Shown here piece by piece: positions 53,968 through 64,000 of a stretch of DNA of 64,000 nucleotides (positions within the stretch are counted from its first letter, which is position 1; every line of letters begins with the position of its first letter). The stretch is from assembly GCA_030141605.1 (NCBI GenBank), contig JAQGDQ010001061.1, positions 1-64,000 of the forward strand, in the 5' to 3' direction. The translations under genes and the position numbers were made by a program. The notes beneath the pieces are model-generated. The model was not told the DNA's origin and ran no database searches. It saw only the letters and a list, made by a program, of their open reading frames with translations. The stretch is from Tubiluchus corallicola (lineage: Eukaryota; Animalia; Priapulida).

Positions 53968-55466
53968 AACAACATTTTTTCAACATACAAACACGAATTA
54001 AAATGAAAACACATCTTCAGAAAACAGCATACACGTGCTACATGACATTTGTTTGACCCAGACGTGAAAAATACCCACTCCAGCTGTCATTATCTTCCCT
54101 CCTACCAACCAGCTGTTGCTGTCACTGACACAGGTAAATGTTCTAACCCAGGTATTTTGTTATGTTAATGGGCTGATGTTTAAACAAGCTTCCTAGCTAC
54201 GGGGCTCAAAACACCTGAGCTCTTTGTTTCTATTTTAATTAATGTCAGTTTACTTTTGTACAGGTAGCCTAGACACCGCAAACATTGTGAAAAGAAACTC
54301 AGGCAAAGAGTTCAGTCTACGGCCCATTTCACACTGAGGACGCCCAGCACAAGGCCCTGAGGACAAATTGCTTTTGGAATTCTTCACAAAAATGGAACGC
54401 ATTATTTCCAATGGTGTATTTCACACAGTCCTCCTTGTGACAGCTAGAAGCTATGCGTCCTCCTCGTGAGGAATTTTATCGCATGGTAGAAATACTACAA
54501 GGAATTCAGTCTTAACTTAATTACTCAGTTACTTCTTTCTTACTTAACGGCATAAATTCTAAGATTTAATCTCTTTTAACAGACTGACGATTTTACGTTT
54601 TATTAATGCAACACCGATCGCCATATTCGTGAAAAAGAAAAATAATGTATTTAATATGTAATAATATATTTCTTTTATGCATGTTTTCAGATTTTAAAGT
54701 GGTTAGTAAAACTTTACTAAAGAAATAACAGTTCTGTCAGGTCTGACTTTACATTAACTAATATTAATAATTGTACTTTGTACATGAGAAATACAGCAAG
54801 TTTTATTTCATTTAAACACGATTCTACAGTATAAAACTTGCAAAGTAGCTGCAGCTAACTGGACGCACGGAAAAAATTATGTTTGTTAAATTTTCACCAT
54901 TTCGTTTCAAAAGGTGACCGTTAAATTAGTCGTTAATTGAAAATTGTCGTTATTACATTTAGCTTATACCTGCAAAGATGTAGCTGCAAAGATTAATTGC
55001 CTTAGGCCCCTTTCACATTGAGGAACACAGGGAAAAATGACGCACAGAATTGCTGTCAGAAAATTTTCTGAAAATTTCCGATTTTTCTGGAAATTCCATG
55101 CAGCAAGAAAGTTCCAGTGAAACCGCTAATGCTCAACATCAACAAAATTAGACTTTACCACTAATGAACCTTAATAATTTAACTCACTAGTCATTAGCTT
55201 AATTGTTTAATATAAACTGTTAAAACTAGGTATAAATGTTGAATTAGTTTATTATGCTAAAAGTGTGTAAGTTAGCATCATGTATGTTTAGTGTTGCCAG
55301 CATCATGTATGTTTAGTGTTGCCTTGTTTAGTGTTTGTTGCGTCAGCAGCAAGGAAAAATATGAAGCAACTGTGGAACAAGTAAAAATTGTAAAAGGTTA
55401 GAATGCAGAAACTAAATTAATCAAATCTTTCTTCATTGGAAGACTCCATTACGTTCGTGTGAATAA

Positions 55467-55775
55467 TCCAAGCAGCACGACAAAATTGCTACAGTGTTGT
55501 CACAACAGACAATGCAAATGGTGGCACAATATGGAAATGTGAAGTTGCCACAACATTGTGCCAATATTTTTTCCACATTGTGACAATTTCGCGACAATAT
55601 TGGTACTGACATTGTTACAGCGTTCCAATATTTTTGAGAATATTTTTCCATAATTGTGACAATGTTGTCACATTATTATTATTATCAATATTGTCACAAC
55701 ATTGTCACAATATGGAAGAAAATTGATAAAAAATATTGTCACAACATTGTGGCAAGATTTTTTCTGCTGCCGGGT
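55467..55775. mobile_element. Palindromic MITE
   Basis: tccaagcagcac...ttgctacagtgttgtcacaa versus ttgtcacaacattgtggcaag...ctgctgccggg; internal acaat/attgt repeats. Confidence 0.65.
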
Positions 55776-56167
55776 AAGTTTATCCTACATTTTTCCAACC
55801 CTATCAATTTCCTCATTCTGACATGCAGTAATTTAAGACGCGAGTACAGTGTATGTAATAAATCTTCATTAAAACGTTTCCATAAAAAACCCTGTGTTAT
55901 TTATGCGTTTAACAAACTAGTTATACGAAATTACAATACCTGTACTTGTACTGAGGTGTCTAAGTTATGATGTCATCCTCATGCATTATTCTACTGCACT
56001 GCTGTAAACATCATCACATACACACAATGTATACTGTACGTCTTCTCCACGTGCATCTTAAACACAATGTAAACTACTGACGTTAGCAGCTGCTACTAGG
56101 CAACCTTTTAATCTATAATCTTCCCAGCGTGCGCGCGCAAATCTCGGTTGCAAGTCAGAACTCTGTG

Positions 56168-56385
56168 CTACGCTACTGTGTGCTCTAAGCTTCCAGCAAA
56201 TGCTGTTGACAGAGACTGGAGTACGCTACTGTGTGCTCCAAGCTTCCAGCAAATGCTGTTGACAGGGACAGAGTACGCTACTGTGTGCTCTAAGCTTCCA
56301 GCAAATGCTGTTGACAGAGACAGGAGTACACTACTGTGTGCTCTAAGCTTCCAGCAAATGATGTTGGCAGAGACTGGAGTACGCT
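56168..56385. repeat. About 53-bp minisatellite
   Basis: tacgctactgtgtgctctaagcttccagcaaatgctgttgacag; 4 units. Confidence 0.9.
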
Positions 56386-57239
56386 GCTAACAAAGCGTAG
56401 ACAGGATGATTTTCATATACTACCACATTTTCAAATCCGATAAAAAGTATACATTTTAACACAATTAACACTGCAAAAGCGTTTCTGATAATTAAATAAT
56501 AGATTAAAATCTTAATTAACAGCGGACGTGCCCAATTATCGATGACATCACAAACTAACATAATTTTCAACAGCAAAAATATTCCACGAGCGCGTTGCAT
56601 GTGTTTGCAAAAGAGAAAATTGAAGTACAGTGCTACTATAAGATATTCAGTGTGTTCTACTAAAACTAGGCAAGTTTTAAGACAAAAATTCAAATTTCAA
56701 ATTTACACTTGTGCTTGAGTATGAGCTGTCAAACGTGTGTAGTTTGTCACAGACTAACACGTCTGAACTAAGAGGTACAGCACCTGTTTTTTGTACAACA
56801 CTTTCCGAAATGCAGGCGCTAGTGCCCGTCTAACTAGCGATGCCAATAAAAAATGTTTTTAGCATACTTGTGTCAAGTGATACCTTTTAGGGTGGCATAC
56901 AAGTGGTTGAGTGGTGCTGTGGTGCTTAATGAATGAAGTTAAGCAATGCTAAATATGGTCGTTGAATGGATGGGTGACTGCCGGAGTGCACATTTTTGAC
57001 ACTTTCACCTGCCATCCTGCCCAAGAGTACTTATCTCAAGGATGTGTAAGAGACCACTGCTGGTCAACTGTCACAAGATTCCAATACTGCCACAACAAGA
57101 TTCCGGTCTCACTACAACATTCTGCATTGACTAAGCCCTGCCACTGAATACAAGACTCCAGTTATCACAGTGGTGAGCTGGACAAAAAAAAATTATCCGC
57201 AAATTTAGAGAAAACTCACATCAAATGAATGATAAAGTA

Positions 57240-57575
57240 AAAAAATTTGATATGTTCAGATTATAAAACATGCACAAATTTTTGCTTGATAAGATTGAAA
57301 ATTTGCCATGTTTAAATTATGGAACATACACAATTTTTTACTTAATAAGATTGAAAATTAGCCATGTTTAAATTATGGAACATACACAATTTTTTACTTA
57401 ATAAGATTGAAAATTAGCCATGTTTAAATTATGGAACATGCACAAAATTTTACTTCATAAGATTGAAAATTTGCCATGTTTAAATTACGGAACATAAACA
57501 ATTTTTTACTTGATAAGATTGAAAATTTTTCCATGTTGAAATTAAGGAACATACACAAATTTTTACTTGATAAGA
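57240..57575. repeat. 57-bp minisatellite
   Basis: aagattgaaaattagccatgtttaaattatggaacatac... Confidence 0.9.
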
Positions 57576-59509
57576 TGACAAAACAACAAAATTTTTCTAA
57601 TAATCACCTGTTTTTCACTGAGAAACACCGCCAGCACCAGATTTTAGTTATTTTCCGCAAAATTACTTTTGGGACGGGAGTGCTAGTATTTTTTACGCTG
57701 TAATTATCTAATTACTAATGTTTATTTGTTCATAATGGTGGGTTCATAGGTTTCTTCACAACAGATAATTACAGTAAATACCTAGCCGTCCATAGCAGAA
57801 CCTATTAGCACCTAATTTAGCTACAAAGGAATTAGGAGATTATTGTAAATTTAAGCAGGTTAGTTGAGAAAATGATCATTTGTAAATTGGAGATAATTAC
57901 AGGTGAGCAAACAATCAGTGATTCGTCAGGTGCCTCGGGTTATTTTTATAGGCAGTTAGTAAAGAGGAAGGAATGTTTACCCAGAGTGTGTTGACTTATT
58001 CAGGAACAACTTGGAAAAGAATTGTGCTTTTCTGAGCTAAATTGCTGAAAAATAATAGTGGCCACATGGCTTTGCAACCAATTCTTGATAAAAAAAAGCA
58101 TAACTGAATAAACGTTCATATGAATAAAGAGAATATTCAACATTTGGAAGTTTAATAATTCGAAAATAATCAAGATTGACCTTATTTTGTTGCCTGCTAA
58201 TTAAACTACATGTATATTCTTTTCTCTGGATTATATAGCAAATGTCATAATTTTAAAAATTACTAACGTTTCCTAAATTAAACTGATAACATTATTGCCC
58301 ACCAGTATCTAAAAAATCTTTTTATCTGTATTTAGTAAAGGATAGCAGACTAGGTGACTTTATAGTCTTTTCGCTATCCTTTCTCTAGTTCTAGATCTAT
58401 CTATACATTTTAACCATTCTTCAAAACTTATTAGAGATTCTTTTATTAATCATGCTTTATTGTAGCATTATAAAGAGATAAATAAATTAAAAATGAATTG
58501 AATTGAAAATACGCTTTACAACTTGGAATATTGCTATCCGTAAATTACGGAAACTGTCGTACAGAGTTCACACATACATCCTGTTATGTATTTATCCATT
58601 TGTGATGTGTGGTGAATAAATTATGTTTATCAGTAATGGCTGCTTGTGCGTTGCTCACACATACATCCTGCCTCATATTACTGGTACCGTACTGCCGAGT
58701 AAGCACTTTGCAAACTGCTTTCGTAAATTCTATGTAGCATTGTAAAAATAGTAGTAACCCGACATTTAAATTTATAACCAAATGTAGGTTATATGACGTA
58801 AACTCAATAATGGGTTTCAACTTGTATAAAATGTTGCCCTAAAACAGTAAGACGTGTTTAGGTATTTTCATGTATTATCTCGTAAAATTCTAGGCAGCTA
58901 GCAACAATAAGTTTAGAAAAAGTTTGTATAACAAATTTGAATTTGAATTTTTTATCAAAGTATCAATTTAGAGAAAAGTTAGAGTAAGTGGTATCTTTTT
59001 AAATTCTTTACTTTGTCTTCCTTTATGTAAATAATATCTGTGTGTTTGATGTTGTTGTTGCTGTTGTTGGTGTTGGCGTCGTCAGCATTGTCGTCATTGT
59101 CATTGTTGTCAGTGTTTAATATTTGTTTTTGTTTTACGTTTGCTACTCATTTCTTTAAATTGAACCATTTATTTAACTTACTGTACATGTGCGTTCGAAA
59201 ATAAATAATATTAATAATAATAAATATCGCAAAAATTAACTTGATATAAATGTTTTAACTGAACAAAATTTATTACAATAAACTAATTTACAGTAACATG
59301 ATATAATACAGATATTATCACAAGAAGATTAGAATGTAATGAATGATAATTAAATAACATAATTATTTATATTTACCTTCGTATTTTTTTAAAAATTCAT
59401 TTCACTAATAATTATCAGTCCACTTCAAAAAAAAACACTCTAAATTTTTGTAATCCAAATATAATATATAACATAATATAACAATAACAAAATAGGTTGG
59501 TGTGCATAT

Positions 59510-59963
59510 TTAAGGTGATAATCATAAAAAAGACAAAATGCCGTTTAAATCTCAGAAAACTTTTATTTTTTCAGAAACCAGAAAAATTACAGATAAAACT
59601 AGAAGTAACGTGTAAGTATACAATACATTAGGGGATGCAAAAATTCATTAAGAAACTGTATTAAAAACTAAATTAGAAGAAATATTACAATTACTATTTA
59701 AGAAAAGTTCTTTTTTTCTTATTTAGTAATTGTAATATTTCTTCTAATTTAGTTTTTAATAAAGTTTCTTAATGAATTTTCTAGTCCTATTTTCATGTCA
59801 TTGTATACATACACTTTATGTATAGTTTTATCTGTAATTTTTATGATTATTATTGTATTTCTCTATTTTTACAGCTGACAAAGTCCGTGAAGAAAGTTTC
59901 GGGAAAAATAAAAGTTTCGTGAGATTTCAAGGACACTTTGTCCTCTTTACGATCATGACCTTA
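59510..59963. mobile_element. Long palindromic MITE-like element
   Basis: Near-perfect inverted core at 59640-59780; arms extend to ttaaggtgataatc / gatcatgacctta. Confidence 0.7.
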
Positions 59964-60169
59964 GCAAGTCTCTGAAGAGAACTATCTTATTTTCAAGCAA
60001 ACAATTATAAAATATGTCAGTCTGCATATTTAAAGTTACTTGAAAAAGTCTGTTTATCAATGTTTATTTGTCTACAAAAGATGGAGCCACTATAAATGAT
60101 GGATACGCATGAAGTAGGAATTCAATCAATGCATTATATAATTAGTTTAGTTTAGTTTGCTGACCTGCG

Positions 60170-61142
60170 AATCATTACATAACACAGCACACTACACAAC
60201 ACAGTACTCATTATATTATGACATATACACGTGACATATGAATCATTACATAACACAGCACACTACACAACACAGTACTCATTAGATTACATTATAACAT
60301 AAACACGTGACGTATGAATTATTACATTACATTATGACATATACACGTGACATATGAATCATTACATAACACAGCACACTACACAACACAGTACTCATTA
60401 CATTACGTTATAACATATACACATGACGTATGAATTATTACATAACACAGCACACTACACAACATGGTACTCATTACATTACATTATAACATAAACACGT
60501 GACATATGAATCATTACATAACACAGCACACTACACAACACAGTACTCATTACATTACATTATAACATAAACACGTGACGTATGAATTATTACATAACAC
60601 AGCACACTACACAACACAGTACTCATTACATTACATTATAACATAAACACATGACGTATGAATTATTACATTACATAACACAGCACACTACACAACACAG
60701 TGCTCATTACATTACATTATAACATTAACACGTGACATATGAATTATTACATAACACAGCACACTACACAACACAGTACTCATTACATTACATTATAACA
60801 TATACACGTGACATATGAATCATTACATAACACAGCACACTACACAACACAGTATTCATTACATTACGTTATAACATAAACACGTGACATATGAATTATT
60901 ACATAACACAGCACACTACACAACACAGTACTCATTACATTACATTATAACATAAACACATGACGTATGAATTATTACATTACATAACACAGCACACTAC
61001 ACAACACAGTAATCATTACATTACATTATAACATAAACACGTGACATATGAATCATTACATAACACAGCACACTACACAACACAGTGCTCATTACATTAC
61101 GTTATAACATATACGCGTGACATATGAATGACATAACACAGT
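60170..61142. repeat. About 70-bp minisatellite
   Basis: cattacataacacagcacactacacaacacagtactcattacattacattataacataaacacgtgacatatgaat. Confidence 0.92.
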
Positions 61143-61999
61143 TCCACACGGCTGCAGTGCATTGTGAAGCAGACTATAGCATTTGTGTATGGTCACATTC
61201 AAAACAGTGCAGATCTATAAAACTTTTCAGTTTTCATATCCTGCCATTCAGTCTTGATTGATACAAGATTTTCTTAGCCAAATACATATTAGTTCCTCAA
61301 CTACATATTCTTGGTACATGCTTTTGTATGTGATGTTGTTTTTTCTCAGACATTAAAGGACAAGAAAACACCATTCTTACGTAAATTTAGACAAATTTTG
61401 TGTGACTTACACACCGTCTAGTTTGCACAAAACTTCTGCTAGCAGCAGGTAAAAAGAGTACTGTCGCTCACACAGTGCCGACCCGGTTGTGTAAGTACTG
61501 TTTCTTTTAAACTCAGCATGTGTTGTGCTCGAATTCTCGTATTCTCGAACGTGATAAAATGTAGAATTAGAAGTTTATCATGCCTCTAACAATTCCATTT
61601 AATTCATATTTTTTTCATAGTTTCGGTTCTTTTATCTTACAGAAAATTTAGATAATTTACTCATGGCGTCCTTGCATCTTCACACAATATTCGTTTTACA
61701 TAATACTATTACAATCGTAAAGATTTTCTGAAGCAGCACCCCCCGCTAATCTTAGCTACGAGCTCCCACTCTGGTTTCTAATGCATTTTCAACAATCACA
61801 AATGCTGAAACTTGCTTGAGATGTTATGCAAACACAGAAGTGTTCTTGACACTTGAATTCACGTGACAAGCAGATATCTAAACTAAAAGTCGGTTTACAC
61901 GAATCAATATTTGCATAAGGAATGAAACGTGGGTCTGAATTTCTGCTTACAGCAGACATGAATTTAGAAATGTTACACCTTCTGTGACACATAAATACA

Positions 62000-62265
62000 A
62001 TGCAGTATATTTAACATACTCCTCACATAACCTAGCTATTGAGACTGGAAGATTGGCAAGGATAAAAAGAGAAGACAGGCTATGCTCCTGTCCTGGCGTA
62101 AACATTCAAACAGAAGAGCATGTTATCTGTTTTTGTCCACTTACGAATCACCTTCGTGAAGATAACACTGAACTGAGCTTCAACGATCTGCATGAATTTT
62201 TCAATGGAAACCCAATGTCATATTATGAATTTGTAAATAACTGTTTAGCGATTTTTGGACAGTAA
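62000..62265 (+). mobile_element. Non-LTR retrotransposon ORF2 C-terminal fragment
   Basis: SSHNLAIETGR...RLCSC...TEEHVICFCP (CCHC-type tail). Confidence 0.7.
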
Positions 62266-62409
62266 TGATCATGTTATGTAATCAAAAGTCCTTTTTTGTA
62301 GTGATCTATGGACTGAACCAAAATATCATGTTCGACTATCTCTTAACCAGTCAGTAAACACACACACACGCGCGCACACGCACAAACACACACACACATA
62401 TATATTCTG

Positions 62410-62415
62410 TTTATT
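62410..62415 (-). promoter_or_regulatory. Candidate polyadenylation signal of WASHC5
   Basis: AATAAA on the minus strand about 135 nt downstream of the stop codon. Confidence 0.4.
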
Positions 62416-62550
62416 ATTTGCAGTATTTGTAGCTATAATTATTGCAAATATATCTAGTTCTTATGACATACAAAAATGCCACAAATGTTAACAAAATCGA
62501 TGATCCCAGATACCTGGTCCTTGACAGCCATGAAACATAACATATCCTAC

Positions 62551-62616
62551 TCACAGTACTTGAATGTGCTTGCGATATTCATCAAACATACACGGCGGCA
62601 AGAACTGTTCTATCGT
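62551..62616 (-). CDS. WASHC5: Strumpellin last coding exon
   Basis: TIEQFLPPCMFDEYRKHIQVL* (cf. VAEAHVPNFIFDEFRTVL). In phase with 63288-63375; tatag acceptor. Confidence 0.8.
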   Translation of the reverse strand, partial: TIEQFLPPCMFDEYRKHIQVL

Positions 62617-62684
62617 CTATATAAAAAACAGGAAAATATAAAAACAATTTTAAAACAGGTATAGGAAATGGAAAAATTACAATA

Positions 62685-63045
62685 AGCGTTTTTACAGTTT
62701 CGTTGTGAGCGCGCGTAATTGCTGCAGGTCAAAGGTTAAGTGTACCACAGCAACGAGTCTTAACTACTACTGTCATGGGACATGTGTAAAGCAAAGCCAT
62801 CTGTCGCATTAGTTCAGTAACTTAAGTTTGTTTACGTTGAGTTTACTTAATTATTCATTAGTCTGTGCGTAGAGTGATATATTTGCTTGGTAATGAACTA
62901 AGTAAGGTTCTAGCTAACTGTTAAAACTGTTACTATTACACAATAGCTTGGGCTGTGAGGTGTTGTCAAGTGTACACAAATGCATTGTCTAGTAACCATT
63001 GATCTTTTCATGATCATCATCAATCACTGGAACTGTGAAAAGGCG
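62685..63045 (-). mobile_element. MITE family A (inverted) in the last WASHC5 intron
   Basis: ta-AGCGTTTTTACAGTT...AACTGTGAAAAGGCG-ta. Confidence 0.8.
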
Positions 63046-63287
63046 TATTGTAAATGGAAAAAATACAATTCTAAAATATATATTATAAATTGGAAAATCA
63101 CAATAATAAAATAGGTATTGTAAATGGGAAAATTACAATTACAAAATAGGTATTGTAAATGGAAAAAATACAATTCTAAAATAAATATTATAAATTGGAA
63201 AATCACTAATAAAATAGGTATTGCAAATGGAAAAATTACAACTATAAAATAAATATTGTAAAACAAAACAGGTAGGACATAAAGTAC

Positions 63288-63375
63288 CTTTCGTGGTAAA
63301 CTGCTGTATTGCAGAAAATCTTCTAGGAAAAGTAAGACATTCGCTACATCTTGAGGCAGTTCTGCTAGTTTCCCG
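63288..63375 (-). CDS. WASHC5: Strumpellin (WASH complex subunit 5) penultimate exon
   Basis: GKLAELPQDVANVLLFLEDFLQYSSLPRK resembles the strumpellin C-terminus as I recall it ([28 protein letters not shown]). tttcag acceptor, GT donor, 88 nt. Confidence 0.82.
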
Positions 63376-63721
63376 CTGAAATAAAGACAAGTAGATGTAC
63401 AGGAAACGTAAAACTAAATTTACAACTAAATACGAGTTTTAGTTAGAGTAACATGAGCAAAAGATAAAAATACTCAGACTTCGCAAATCCTTAAAGAAAA
63501 CCGGACAATTGATTCGACTCTCAATCTCATTTTAATTTACCAGAGGTGAGCATTCTCTATAGGAAAGTGAATTTGAATCGAACCGAATTTTAGTGTTTCG
63601 AATTCGAACTGATTTTGAAAGATTTTCGAATAAGTTTTCGAACCACCAGTAAAAAGCAGTCTTAGAAAGATCATGCATATTACTCCATTTTGTTCTGCAG
63701 TAAAACCACTAATAACTTGTT

Positions 63722-64000
63722 TATAGTATAGTATAGTATAGCATTGTATCGTATAGGTATGGTATGGTACGGTACGGTACGGTACGGTACGGTACGGTAT
63801 GGAATAGTATAGTAGAGGTATAGTATAGGTATAGTATAGTATAGTACAGTACAGTACAGTACAGTACAGTACAGTACAGTACAGTACAGTACAGTACAGT
63901 ACAGTACAGTACAGTACAGTACAGTACAGTACAGTACAGTACAGCACAGCACAGCACAGCATAATATAGTATAGTATAGTATAGTATAGTATAGTATAGT
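63722..64000. repeat. (TAGTA/CAGTA/CGGTA)n microsatellite
   Basis: 5-bp periodicity. Confidence 0.95.

Overview
AT-rich, repeat-dense animal (probably invertebrate) genomic DNA, not prokaryotic. The minus strand carries a class III myosin gene (MYO3A/B/NINAC-like: N-terminal STE20-type kinase fused to a myosin motor). I could splice 18 GT-AG coding exons by hand in one continuous frame from the ATG at 42291 down to 2777; the gene continues past the left edge. Upstream on the same strand are the last two coding exons of strumpellin (WASHC5). Introns and intergenic DNA are filled with minisatellites, MITE-like non-autonomous DNA transposons, RTE/LINE fragments, and 5S- and tRNA-derived SINE-like elements. 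Most notable: (1) an apparently exact out-of-phase second copy of a motor exon inside a 411-bp duplicated block; (2) a 5S rRNA-headed retroposon inserted 15 nt upstream of an exon, inside its acceptor tract; (3) satellites that appear to have been built from transposon termini; (4) a MITE family whose five copies all sit next to exons; (5) two head-to-head LINE pairs. Most long ORFs in the supplied track are repeat artefacts. All alignments were done by eye.
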